Shown piece by piece: positions 24,039 through 33,434 of a DNA stretch of 64,000 nt (position 1 is the first letter of the stretch; every line of letters starts with the position of its first letter). A program made the position numbers and the translations under genes. Source of the stretch: an uncultured Holophagales bacterium (GTDB taxonomy: Bacteria; Acidobacteriota; Thermoanaerobaculia; Multivoradales; UBA5704); contig CAWJGT010000032.1 of NCBI GenBank assembly GCA_963842525.1, positions 96,001-160,000 of the forward strand. Reading direction: 5' to 3'. The notes beneath the pieces are model-generated. The model did no database searches. It was not told the DNA's origin and was given only the letters and a program-made list of their open reading frames with translations.

Positions 24039-24953
24039 TTACCGGGAGTCGAGGAACTCCTCGATCAGCCGCGCGGTTAGCTCGGGATAGCGGGTGTCCT
24101 TCTGCGTCATCACGGCTTCGCCAAGATAGTCCCCGTGTCCACCGGGCAGGATCAGCAGGCGTGCACCCGAAATCAGGCGAGTCAGCTCGACGGCATGCTC
24201 AGGTTTCACGATGTCTTGATCTCCAAGGACGATCAGCGTCGGCGCGCGGACCGACCGAACCAGGTCGTCTGGTACATCCTTGAAGCTCTGCATCCTCGCG
24301 GCGTCCTTGTCGTGCATGGTCTTGAGCTTCTGCATGTCCGGGTTCACCCGCAGGAACGCGTCCTTGAGCGGCTGCGGCATGTTCGAGAAGTCCGCCTGCT
24401 TCATGAACTCCCACAGCTGCGGCTGAGCACCGTCCCTCTTGGTCATCGATGAAGCGAAGACCATCTTCCGCACGAGCTGCGGATGTCGTATGGCGACTTG
24501 GAGAGCGACGCTGGCCCCGTTGCTGAATCCAAAGATGTCCGCCTTGTCGACCTTCAGGTACCGAAGGAGGGCCGCGACGTCGTCCGCGGAGGACTCGAAC
24601 GTGACGGGCGCATCACGATCGGTCGTACGGCCATGCCCCTGCTCCTCCACCGCAATGACCCTGCGGCTGCCGGCGAAGACCGGGAGCACTCTGCTGAACG
24701 TGACCTCAATGGTGGACCCGCCGCCGTGCAGCAGGACGAGCGGAACGCCGTCTCTGCGACCATGCACTTCGTAGTACATGTTGATGCCGTTGACTGGGGC
24801 ATGGCCGCTCTCGAACGGTTTCGATTGAAGGGTTGACACGTTCTCTCCAGGTCCCATGGCGCCACCAGGTGCGTAGCCGCTGATCGCCAACAGTATCGCA
24901 ATCACAATGGTGCCGATCGGGCGAAATGTGAAGGTGGCAGTCGGCGGTTCCAT
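24039..24953 (-). CDS. alpha/beta hydrolase
   Basis: VNGINMYYEVHG, LLHGG, QGHGRT, GFSNG nucleophile elbow, GDQD and LPGGH. Confidence 0.9.
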   Translation of the reverse strand: MEPPTATFTFRPIGTIVIAILLAISGYAPGGAMGPGENVSTLQSKPFESGHAPVNGINMYYEVHGRRDGVPLVLLHGGGSTIEVTFSRVLPVFAGSRRVIAVEEQGHGRTTDRDAPVTFESSADDVAALLRYLKVDKADIFGFSNGASVALQVAIRHPQLVRKMVFASSMTKRDGAQPQLWEFMKQADFSNMPQPLKDAFLRVNPDMQKLKTMHDKDAARMQSFKDVPDDLVRSVRAPTLIVLGDQDIVKPEHAVELTRLISGARLLILPGGHGDYLGEAVMTQKDTRYPELTARLIEEFLDSR

Positions 24954-25056
24954 GGCAGATGAAGACTATCCCAGGCTGGCTGTTCCTGAAGTGAATCTCG
25001 GAAGACCGCCGCTCAGGGGTACAATGCGGTCCACCTTCGCAGCGGAGGAGGCCTCG

Positions 25057-25659
25057 ATGGCAGACGACCAGAAGCCCTTCATCACCCTGCCCACGGACGA
25101 GGAGATGCGCGTCCGGAGAGAGGGGTCCGGTATGAAGCCGACCTACAACTTCGGTTTCATCGGCGGGATGTCCCGCCTGCTCGCCGCGCACGAGCGGATC
25201 GGCAAGGCCCTGCAGACGGCGTTCTACGAGATGATGTTCGCGCCTGGAGCGCTCGACCGTGCTGAACGGGAGATGCTTGCCGCGGTCGCTTCGGCGGCCC
25301 AGGACTGCGAGTACTGAACGGAATCTCACGCAGAGTTTCTGCGTGTCGAGCACAACGATCGGGAGCTGGTCGAGGCGATCAAGCGGCGCCGCTGGCGCGA
25401 GCTGACCCACCTCACTCCGCGGCAGCGGGCACTCTGCACGCTCGCCGAGAAGATGACCCTGACCCCGACGGAGATGACCGCCGCGGACTGGCAGCCGTTG
25501 CGCGAGGCCGGGCTCGACGAGCAGGGCCTCCTCGAAGTCGCCCACATCGTGGCCATCTTCAACTACTTCCCGCGCATGGCCGACGGCTTCGGCCTGAAGC
25601 CCGATCCCAAGCTGCGCGAAGCCGCCGTAACCGGTATCCCACTCCAGCGGACCACCTGA
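25057..25659 (+). CDS. AhpD/carboxymuconolactone-decarboxylase-like peroxidase, probable selenoprotein (CxxU, in-frame TGA 25315-25317)
   Basis: LDRAEREMLAAVASAAQDCEY-TGA-TESHAEFLR..LTPRQRALCTLAEKMTLTP..LREAGLDEQGLLEVAHIVAIFNYFPRMADGFG is one continuous frame and one family. Confidence 0.85.
25318..25345 (+). promoter_or_regulatory. putative bacterial SECIS hairpin
   Basis: Stem-loop CACGCAGA-GTT-TCTGCGTG starts 9 nt after the UGA, with the loop G at +18. Confidence 0.65.
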
Positions 25660-26021
25660 GGAGTCTGAAGCCCTGTTCGCAGAGCCGGCCCGAGATCACG
25701 TTGACTCGAGTCCATATGCCACGGACCCGGGTCCTTCAAGCATTGACTACAGGAAACGTCCCGCGGGGGTCCGCGAGACCTGCAGCCGGCCCAACGTCGT
25801 GCTTTTCGGAGCCGCGACTCCATCGAGCCCGGCGCCTGGCGCGCACTCTCTGGATGGAGGAGCAGGCACTCCGGTCGCCGGCAGCCGCACTCTGGCCTGC
25901 CTCAAGAAGGGTCCTGCGCTCATGAGCCGTCGCACGCTCCGCGAGAGTCTCAACGCACTGCGAAAGCCCGGTCCTCCGGCTCCTGCGATATCGTCACCGC
26001 CGAAACGGGGGAGAAGGTGCC

Positions 26022-26651
26022 ATGGATCGGATCCCGGACGGGAATCCTGATTTTCGACAACGTGGAGGTGCTCGACTTCGCCGGCCCCTTCGAGGTGTTC
26101 TCGCGCACCCGCCTGGCGCCCGGGCTCGACTCCCGCCGTTCGGAGGAGACGGCGCCCTTCGACGTCTTCACCGTAGCCCGGACCCGCGATCCGATCACGG
26201 CCACGGGAGGCCTCGAGGTCGTGCCCCGCTATGGCTTCGCCGACGCCCCGGAGATCGACCTCCTGCTCGTCCCCGGCGGCTTCGGCACCCGCGCCCTCCT
26301 CCACGACGAGGAGACCCTGGACTGGATCCGCCGCACGGCCGGCGCTGCCCGCCATGTCACCTCGGTCTGCACCGGTTCCCTCCTCCTGGGAAAGGCCGGC
26401 CTCCTCCGCGGCCGGCGGGCCACCACCCACTGGGGCGCGCTCGACCTCCTCGACGCGCTCGACGCGGGCGTCACGGTGGAGCGCGAGCTGCGCGTGGTGG
26501 ACGACGGCGTCATCACCTCCGCCGGCGTGGCCTCGGGGATCGACATGGCCTTCTACCTCGTCGAGTCGCTCTTCGGCAAGAGGTGGCGGACGAGACGGCG
26601 CGGTACATCGAATACCGGAGGGTGCCGATCTCTCCGGCAAGGTCAGCCTGA
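26022..26651 (+). CDS. DJ-1/PfpI family protein (frameshifts near both ends)
   Basis: GILIFDNVEVLDFAGPFEVF, LLVPGGFG, SVCTGS, ATTHW and ITSAGVASGIDM. The end ADETARYIEY lies in the adjacent frame. Confidence 0.88.
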   Translation: MDRIPDGNPDFRQRGGARLRRPLRGVLAHPPGARARLPPFGGDGALRRLHRSPDPRSDHGHGRPRGRAPLWLRRRPGDRPPARPRRLRHPRPPPRRGDPGLDPPHGRRCPPCHLGLHRFPPPGKGRPPPRPAGHHPLGRARPPRRARRGRHGGARAARGGRRRHHLRRRGLGDRHGLLPRRVALRQEVADETARYIEYRRVPISPARSA

Positions 26652-26850
26652 GCTCTCCGCGTTCCGGCGCGCCTCGGCTTCCGCCAGCCAGCCGCGGCGG
26701 AGCTGTTCCTCCGGGATGCTCGAGAGGTAGGGCTTGAGATCGAGCACCGGCGTGCCGTCCAGCATGTCGACGCCACGGACGGAGAGGACGCGGCCTTCGC
26801 GGCGGAGGAGCTCGACGACCGTGAGCGCCAGCGGGTTCGGCTGCCGCCGT
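26643..26850 (-). pseudogene. tsaA: C-terminal fragment of TsaA/TrmO tRNA methyltransferase
   Basis: PNPLALTVVELLRREGRVLSVRGVDMLDGTPVLDLKPY is present, but the N-terminal half is absent. Confidence 0.7.
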
Positions 26851-26918
26851 CCCTTTTCGTGTTCTGTTCTGCTAGAATATAGACACTTTCGAGTAGCTTT
26901 CTTTGCGGAGGAGAGATC

Positions 26919-27355
26919 ATGACCAGCTTGCAGCAGGTCCGTGGCTCCGGTATCCGGCTCACCCTTCCGTACGTCCTGCGCTTCTCGGGGATGTGGCTGC
27001 TGGTGAGCGTCTTGATCCTGCTGGTGTTCAGCGTCACCTGCTATACGGCGCTGTTCCTGCGCGCCCCCAGCGAGTCGCGGGATACCCTCATCCTCGTCCT
27101 GACGGTGCAGACGGTGTTCGTGCTGCTGGCGCTGGTGGCGCTGGCGATCTTCAGCACGCACCGGCTCGCAGGGCCTATCGTGGCGATGCGCCGGGCTTGT
27201 GACGAGGTCAAGGCGGGGAACCTCGACCGGCCGCTGCGGTTCCGCCGTTCCGATCCGCACCTGTTCGAGCTCGAGAGCCCTTCAACGAGATGGTGGCCGC
27301 CGTCCGCGCCCGGGTGGACGCCGCCCCGGCGGCCGGCTCCGAGCGCGCTCAGTAG
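26919..27355 (+). CDS. small 2-TM + HAMP domain membrane protein (frameshift near 27280)
   Basis: Two TMs, then THRLAGPIVAMRRACDEVKAGNLDRPLRFRRSD..ELE/FNEMVAAVR..AQ*. Confidence 0.75.
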
Positions 27356-28260
27356 CGGGCCGCGGCGGTGCGGAAAAGGAGGGGCTGCTCTCCGAAAGGG
27401 TGGTACCATCAGGACCATCGATGAGCCCCTCTGGCCGCTCCCGCGTCCCGCCGCATGTGCCTGGCAAGCCGGCCGAGGTTCCGGTCGTCCAGGCGAAGAA
27501 GGTAGCCTCGCCGGAGGTTCATTGGCCCCATCGGCTCCGAGCCGCGCAGGCGAAGCTGCCGGCGGTTGCTCCTCCGCCCTTGCCTCAGCAGAAGAGCGTG
27601 GCGCCGCCCCCGGTTCGTTTCCCGCGACAGCCGGCTCCTTCTGTCGGCGGGCGGGTCCTTCAGCAGGCGGCGAATCCGGTGACGAAGAAGAAGGCAAAGC
27701 CGAAGGCGATGTCCCTGGGCGCTTTCTACAAGGAGGTGGACGCGAAGGCTCCCGCGAAAGCTCCCGCGAAAGCAGCACCGCTCAACTTCGCCGCTGCAGC
27801 CAAAGCCGGGGCCGGCGCGCCTGCAGCCGCGGCGGCAGCGCCTCCCTTGATGCCCACGGTTTTCGATGGAACCTGTTCTCCCGAGGGGTGGAGCAATGCC
27901 CGGATCGTAGAGCTCGTCGCTCTGGCTGCGCGCCCCGCCCGTTTCCGGGCGTCGGGCCTTACGGATGGTGGCGGGACTGAGGAGACGCACTATTGGAGCT
28001 TCGATGCCTTGTGGGTGATATCTGGCGTCGTCTCCGCGGCCGGCAGGCTTTCTGGCGGTACCTACGTGGAGGGCACATTGCAGTTGCACTACCATCCGCA
28101 CGCCAGGCCCACGGACAACTATCTGCACATCAAGAAGAGCGATGGATCGGACCCGGGGGCGGGTGCGTTCAAGAACAATCACTGGCTCGTAGCGGCGATC
28201 GGTCTGACCGCAGCAGCTCTCACGCCGGACGGCGTCTGACGCTCAGTAGCGGGCCGCGGC
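27346..28260. repeat. exact 21-bp direct repeat CGCTCAGTAGCGGGCCGCGGC at 27346-27366 and 28240-28260
   Basis: Read directly. The left copy contains the HAMP gene stop and the right copy abuts the orphan gene's stop. Confidence 0.85.
27421..28239 (+). CDS. hypothetical protein: low-complexity P/A/K/Q N-terminus + His-rich C-terminal domain
   Basis: 272 aa. The N-terminus has VVQAK, AAQAK and RVLQQ motifs; the C-terminus has LQLHYHP..NYLHIK. Confidence 0.6.
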   Translation: MSPSGRSRVPPHVPGKPAEVPVVQAKKVASPEVHWPHRLRAAQAKLPAVAPPPLPQQKSVAPPPVRFPRQPAPSVGGRVLQQAANPVTKKKAKPKAMSLGAFYKEVDAKAPAKAPAKAAPLNFAAAAKAGAGAPAAAAAAPPLMPTVFDGTCSPEGWSNARIVELVALAARPARFRASGLTDGGGTEETHYWSFDALWVISGVVSAAGRLSGGTYVEGTLQLHYHPHARPTDNYLHIKKSDGSDPGAGAFKNNHWLVAAIGLTAAALTPDGV

Positions 28261-28324
28261 CTTCCGCATCTGTGGAGGCCCCACCACCGCGTGTATACTG
28301 ACACAGACGAACGGAGGCACGCGC

Positions 28325-28594
28325 ATGGAGATCCATGAGCTGGTGATCGAGATGAAGCTGCTCGAGCGTCGGATGACGCTGTATGAGGAGAAGTACGGAA
28401 TCCTCAGTGGAGACTTCTACTCGGCGCTGATGGCAGGAAAGCTGGAGCGTTTCGACGAGTTTGACGAAACCCGGGCGGACTTCAGCCGCTGGAAGGGTAT
28501 CTACGAGACATGGTCGAGGCGCAAAAGGACCTACGACGAGCAGTTGAAAGGGCGTGAAGTCTCAGAAACCCTGCGCTTCCAGCCTGCCTACTGA
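28325..28594 (+). CDS. TumA-like antitoxin
   Basis: [20 protein letters not shown] pattern, located directly upstream of a DUF6516 gene, with RBS GGAGG. Confidence 0.75.
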   Translation: MEIHELVIEMKLLERRMTLYEEKYGILSGDFYSALMAGKLERFDEFDETRADFSRWKGIYETWSRRKRTYDEQLKGREVSETLRFQPAY

Positions 28595-28596
28595 GA

Positions 28597-29007
28597 ATGC
28601 GCGAGTCTCCTCTGAGGTCGCTCGCGGAGTACAGTCGCTTTATTGCCGAGCTATTCGATCAACCGCAGGTCGAGCACTCTACGGTTGCCATCTGGTCAGA
28701 CAGCCCATACACCGGAATTGCTGAGGGAGAGGTGTTCTTCAATGGTGGCATTCGTCTGCGGATGCGGGAAGAGATCGATTTTGCGGAGGGCCTGATCGTC
28801 TCGTACGGATACGAGGTCTATCGGGGCGAGGCACGGTTGTACTGGTATGACGACTTTCCTCATCCCGGAGATCCCTCTCTAGCTTCCACATTTCCGCATC
28901 ACAAGCATGTACCGCCCAACCTGAGGCAGAACCGGATTCCTGCACCGGGGCTGAGCTTCGATCAGCCGAATCTCCCTCTAGTCTTTCGTGAAATCGAGCA
29001 GATCTGA
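28597..29007 (+). CDS. DUF6516 / TumE-like toxin
   Basis: [26 protein letters not shown] motif. Confidence 0.8.
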   Translation: MRESPLRSLAEYSRFIAELFDQPQVEHSTVAIWSDSPYTGIAEGEVFFNGGIRLRMREEIDFAEGLIVSYGYEVYRGEARLYWYDDFPHPGDPSLASTFPHHKHVPPNLRQNRIPAPGLSFDQPNLPLVFREIEQI

Positions 29008-29075
29008 TCGTGAGGCGAGCACGCCAGCGCCGACACCAGAGCGACCAGCGCGACGGTCAGGAGAAACTGGGCCAT
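29008..29075 (-). pseudogene. truncated lipoprotein start (signal peptide only)
   Basis: An ATG overlapping the cat stop reads MAQFLLTVALVALVSALACSPH and then runs into the antisense of tumE. Confidence 0.35.
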
Positions 29076-29740
29076 CAGACAACCTCCTCCGCGAGGCCGA
29101 GAAGGGCGGAGGGGCGGGCGAAGGAGCTCTCCAGCCGTTCGAGGTACCGTCCGACGTGCAGGCCGTCCATCAGCGCGTGGTGCACCTCGACCGAGACCGG
29201 CATCATGAAACGGTCGCCGTCCGCGAAGTACTTGCCGAAGACGATCTTCGGAACCGAGTCCTGCCCGTCCCCTTTCCGGGCGTTGGAGAAGCTGGTGAAG
29301 GAGATCCAGGGCAGGACCGAGCAGTGGATCAGGTCGTCCCGATCGTCGCGCGGCTCCAACCGGCCCCCGCCGGCACGGAGGCTCTCCAGCGCGTCCCTGG
29401 CCTGCTCCGCGAACCGCGCGAAGTCGTCGTCGTACTCGAAATAGCAGAAGGCGAAGCGCTCGCCGTCGACCAGGGTCGTGGTCCCGGCATGGATGCGGTC
29501 GTGCACGAGGACGCGGTCCCCGCGCAGCCGGTACCGGAACGGCTCCAGCTCGTTGGCCGCCCGCAGGGCCAGATAATGGTAGAAGAGGAAGAACGGGAGG
29601 CCCTCCCGGGAGCGGACGAGGTGGAGGAGGCCCGTCACGTCCAGATTGGCGCAGACGCTGAAGAAGGGGTTGGCGTAGCCCTTGAAGAAGTGGAATTGCT
29701 GGCGCCGGGGCCAGTTTTCCAGATCCAGATAGGCAGGCAT
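29075..29740 (-). CDS. CatA-type chloramphenicol acetyltransferase-like protein
   Basis: WPRRQQFHFF..NPFFS, CSVLPWISFTSFS, VPKIVFGKY and catalytic VHHALMDGLH. Confidence 0.9.
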   Translation of the reverse strand: MPAYLDLENWPRRQQFHFFKGYANPFFSVCANLDVTGLLHLVRSREGLPFFLFYHYLALRAANELEPFRYRLRGDRVLVHDRIHAGTTTLVDGERFAFCYFEYDDDFARFAEQARDALESLRAGGGRLEPRDDRDDLIHCSVLPWISFTSFSNARKGDGQDSVPKIVFGKYFADGDRFMMPVSVEVHHALMDGLHVGRYLERLESSFARPSALLGLAEEVV

Positions 29741-29750
29741 CGTCGTTCGG

Positions 29751-30435
29751 TTACTCGGCCGGCGGCGCGCTCGACTGGCTCCTGATCAGAGCGAGCCACG
29801 CGAGCTCCGTTTCGAAAGCCCTGGCCGCTCCCGCCCAGAACCTCCGTTCGGCCTCTTTGTCCCGAGTCTGGTTCTTGAGGCTCGCCAGAAACGTAGCCTC
29901 GCCGCTCAGCCCATAGCCGAGCCGTCCTTTGGCGGCTGCTTCCGGCGCCACCAGGCGGAAGTAGTGGGCCTGGGCGGCATCCATCTCTTCGGATCTGGTC
30001 GAGCGGGTGACCACGAGCTTCCCCCGCGAACGTCATCGCCCCCGGCTGTACCATGATGGCCGTCAGGGGGATCATCTGCTGCGCGAACAAGGCCTTGAAG
30101 GGAATGCCGTAGCCCCGGGCGTGTGGCATCGTCGCCGCCACCGCGACGTAGCGGCCGGGCCGGACGTTGAGGAGGTACGCCTGGCCGTGCTTCTCGAAAG
30201 TCGACGGGATCAGGCTCTCGCCCGCCAGCATGTCCGCCTCGTCCTCGACGCGGACGAAGTACACCTGAAGAGCCGGCATGGTGTTGTGGAAGAGGGGGAC
30301 CTCGTACTGGACGACGATGCCGATCGAGCCGCGCTGAGGATTGGGAGGTGGTAGAGAAGGCTGCCGGGCGCCCGCCGCTCGCCCCAGGAGCGCGTGGACC
30401 ATCAGAGACAGGATTGCGGCGGCTCGAACGCTCAT
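29751..30435 (-). CDS. secreted hypothetical protein (frameshift near 30020), paralog of next gene
   Basis: Shares RGSIGI, YFVRVE, YLLNVRPGRYVAVAA, PLT..PG.M.FAGE, AQAHYFRLVAPE and AERRFW with 30445-31128. Confidence 0.7.
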
Positions 30436-30444
30436 CGGGCTCTC

Positions 30445-31128
30445 TCACGGTTGCTGCAGCGCAGCCAGTCGCCGCTCGACCATCTCCAGCCAGGCTTTCT
30501 TGGACTTGAACACCTCGGCGCGAGCCTCCTCCCAGAATCTCCGTTCCGCCGCGGGCTCCCGGCTCATGCTCTCGAGGTCGGCCAGGTAGGCCCCCTGGCC
30601 GCTGAAGGAACGCGCGAAGTAGCCCTTCCGCTCCATTTCGGGTGCGATCAGGCGGTAGTAGTGGGTCTGCGCCGGGTCGCCCTTCTCCATGCCGAGGTGG
30701 GTGGCGATCAGGTATTCGCCGGCAAAGACCATCTCCCCCGGCGTCACGGTCACCTCGGTGAGGGGGATCAACTCCTGGGAGAAGACGGCCTTGAGGTCCA
30801 TGCCGGAAAGAGGGGCCGCCTTCAAATCCGCGGCCACCGCCACATAGCGTCCGGGCTTGGCATTGAGCAGATAGACCTGCTTGCCCTGCGAGAAGTTCGA
30901 TGGAATGACGGCATCCGCCGCCAGCGGGTCGATGTCTTCCTCGATCCGCACGAAGAAGATCTGGGTGGCCGACGAGCGGATCGCGCGCATGGGCGCCAGC
31001 GAACGGACCGTGATCCCAATCGAGCCGCGCTCGGCATCCGGCTGCGGCATCGGCAGCGTTTTTGCCACGGCAGCGGTGGCCAGAAAGCAGAGTCCGAGAA
31101 GGAGGATTTTGGGGAATCGTTCCATCAT
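30445..31128 (-). CDS. secreted hypothetical protein
   Basis: Signal peptide MERFPKILLLGLCFLATAAVA; paralogous to its neighbour. Confidence 0.75.
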   Translation of the reverse strand: MMERFPKILLLGLCFLATAAVAKTLPMPQPDAERGSIGITVRSLAPMRAIRSSATQIFFVRIEEDIDPLAADAVIPSNFSQGKQVYLLNAKPGRYVAVAADLKAAPLSGMDLKAVFSQELIPLTEVTVTPGEMVFAGEYLIATHLGMEKGDPAQTHYYRLIAPEMERKGYFARSFSGQGAYLADLESMSREPAAERRFWEEARAEVFKSKKAWLEMVERRLAALQQP

Positions 31129-31233
31129 CGAAGGCTCCCTCCTTGCGCGAGGTGGGGGTGTACATCGCTATTCTATAAGGAGAGTGGCCGTTGGCAGACG
31201 GACGTTTCATCTGAACTTTCGCAACCGCGGCCG

Positions 31234-31479
31234 GTGATCCTCCGTAATCTCCTTCAGCGCGAGGGCTACAACAGTCTCGACGAGGTCAGAGCCGATGGCG
31301 AGGTCCAGGGCCTCCGCAATGCCGTCGTCGAGGTTCTGATGGCTCGCGGCCTCGCGGTGGACGATGACCTGCGGGCCACTCTCGACGGGATCGACGATCC
31401 GGCGCTCCTCACGTCCCTCCTGCGCCAGGCGGCGACCGCCGCGACGGCAGTCGATCTCCTGGCGTCCGTCGCAGGCTGA
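31234..31479 (+). pseudogene. C-terminal stub typical of Uma2/Rpn-type proteins
   Basis: LRNLLQREGYNSLDEVRADGEVQGLRNAVVEVLMARGL..IDDPALLTSLLRQAATA, with no nuclease domain upstream. Confidence 0.5.
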
Positions 31480-31593
31480 CCCCCTGGTTTGCCCTTCCGG
31501 CGGTCCCCTGCTACAATCTCCACCCTTTGCGCCGTCCCGTTCGGTGGGGCGGTGAAGTCTGCCTCTCCTTGAGAGCCCCGGAGGTTTGAGAAC

Positions 31594-31836
31594 ATGCTGA
31601 AGATTCGGCTGCGCCGCATGGGCGCGCGGAACAATCCCTTCTACCGCGTGGTCGTGTCCGACTCGCGCAACACCCCCACGGCCTCGTCCGTGGAGGAGAT
31701 CGGCCACTACGACGTGACCAAGAACCCGGCGCAGGTGCACATCGACGTCGAGCGGGCCCGCTACTGGGTCGGCCTTGGCGCCCAGATGTCGCCGACGGTC
31801 AAGAAGCTCGTGAACCAGGTGGCGAAGAGTGCCTGA
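31594..31836 (+). CDS. rpsP: 30S ribosomal protein S16
   Basis: MLKIRLRRMGARNNPFYRVVVSDSR..IGHYD..YWVGLGAQMSPTV. Confidence 0.97.
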   Translation: MLKIRLRRMGARNNPFYRVVVSDSRNTPTASSVEEIGHYDVTKNPAQVHIDVERARYWVGLGAQMSPTVKKLVNQVAKSA

Positions 31837-32074
31837 GCTGGTCGACGATTTCCGGGAGCTGGTCCGCCTCCTGGTGGACAAGCCCGACGAGGTGGAGGTC
31901 ACCGAGATCCCGAGCCGCCGCGGTGGCGGCATCCTCGAGCTGAAGGTCGCTCCCGACGATCTGGGCAAGGTGATCGGCCGCCAGGGCCGCACCGCCCGCG
32001 CCCTGCGCACCCTGCTGGAGACCCGGGAGGACCGGCGAGGCGTGCGCTATGAGCTCGAAATCCTCGAGGACTGA
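31829..32074 (+). CDS. khpA: KH-domain RNA-binding protein KhpA
   Basis: LVDKPDEVEV..LKVAPDDLGKVIGRQGRTARALRTLL, positioned between rpsP and rimM. Confidence 0.93.
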   Translation: MPELVDDFRELVRLLVDKPDEVEVTEIPSRRGGGILELKVAPDDLGKVIGRQGRTARALRTLLETREDRRGVRYELEILED

Positions 32075-32613
32075 GACCCGCGAGCTGCCCGCGCGGGTGA
32101 CCGTCGGCCGCGTGCTGCGGCCGCACGGCGTGCGCGGGGAGCTGGTGGTCGAGGTGCTGAGCGACGTGCCCGGACGCCTCGGTCCCGGACGCTCTCTGCT
32201 CGCCGCCCGCGAGGAAGGCGGGCCGGCGAGGCCGCTCGAGGTGACCGGGCACCGTCCCCACAAGTCCGGGGCGCTGCTCACCTTCGCGGGGATCGGCGAC
32301 CGGGACGCGGCCGAAGGGCTGCGCGGCCTCTGGCTGGAGGTGGACCGCTCGCAGGTGCCGGCGCCGCCGCCGGGGACCTATTACCACTACGAGCTGCTCG
32401 GCTGCCGCTGTTACGACGGCGCCGGCGACCTCGGCGAGGTGGTGGACCTGATCGAGGACGGCGGCGGGCTGCTCCTGATCGTGGCGGACGGCGAGCGGCG
32501 GGTGCCGTTGCCGTTCGTTCGAACTGTTCCTGCGGGAGGTCGACGTGGAGGCGGGGCGCATCGTTTTCGAGCTGCCCCCGGGCCTGCTGGACGCATGCGC
32601 ATCCAGGTCCTGA
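32049..32613 (+). CDS. rimM: ribosome maturation factor RimM (frameshift near 32522)
   Basis: VGRVLRPHGVRGEL..DRDAAEGLRG..YYHYELLG..LPFV, and the shifted frame continues FLREVDVEAGRIVFELPPGLLD. Confidence 0.9.
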
Positions 32614-33371
32614 CGATCTTTCCCGAGCTGTTCGGCCCCTTCCTGGCGACGAGCCTCGTGGGCCGGGCGATCGAGAAGGGTCTCCTGGAAGTCCGGGTGG
32701 CCGATCTGCGGGACTTTACGGAGGACCGCCACCGCAGCGTCGATGACGAGCCGTACGGCGGCGGCGGCGGAATGGTGATGACGGCACCCCCGTGGATCCG
32801 CGCGGTGCGTTCTTTGTCGGGCGAAGCGGGAGAGGGAAGTGGTCCCCGGAGGATCCTGTTGTCGCCCCAGGGCCGGCGGCTCGACGACGCCAAGGTCCGG
32901 GAGCTCGCGGGACGCGGCGACCTGCTCCTCCTCTGCGGGCGCTACGAAGGAATCGACGAGCGGGTGCGGCAGACGGTGGTGGACGAGGAGGTCTCGATCG
33001 GCGACTATGTGCTTTCCGGCGGCGAGCTGCCAGCCATGGTGCTGATCGAGGCGGTGTCGCGGCAGATCCCGGGAGTGGTCCAGCTCGCCGAGTCGGTGGA
33101 GCAGGACAGCTTCCGCGCGGGCCTGCTCGACCACCCGCACTACACCCGGCCGCCGCTGGTCGAGGGGCTGCCGGTGCCGGAGGTGCTCCTGTCGGGCCAC
33201 CATGCGGAGATCCGCCGCTGGCGCGACCGGGAGGCGCTGCGAGCCACCTGGGAGAAGCGGCCGGACCTGCTGGAGCAGCCGGAGGTGCGGGAGCGGCTGA
33301 CGCGGGAGCAGCGGCGGAGCTCGAAGAATTGGAGGGGATGGGGTGAGGGCCGGGTTGCGCGGCGATGCTGA
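32595..33371 (+). CDS. trmD: tRNA (guanine37-N1)-methyltransferase
   Basis: MRIQVLTIFPE, VDDEPYGGGGGM, LCGRYEGIDERV, SIGDYVLSGGE and HYTRP. The true end may be 33346 if a terminal indel is corrected. Confidence 0.96.
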   Translation: MRIQVLTIFPELFGPFLATSLVGRAIEKGLLEVRVADLRDFTEDRHRSVDDEPYGGGGGMVMTAPPWIRAVRSLSGEAGEGSGPRRILLSPQGRRLDDAKVRELAGRGDLLLLCGRYEGIDERVRQTVVDEEVSIGDYVLSGGELPAMVLIEAVSRQIPGVVQLAESVEQDSFRAGLLDHPHYTRPPLVEGLPVPEVLLSGHHAEIRRWRDREALRATWEKRPDLLEQPEVRERLTREQRRSSKNWRGWGEGRVARRC

Positions 33372-33434
33372 AATAGAAATAATGACGGAAAACGTCCCCC
33401 AGGCGGGCTCCGTCGGATTCGGACGAGGTGAGCC

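Noticed and set aside
32049-33371. Apparent 440-aa RimM-TrmD fusion
   Set aside because: It is created by one indel near 32522. The genuine RimM C-terminus is in another frame ending at 32613, and trmD has its own ATG at 32595.
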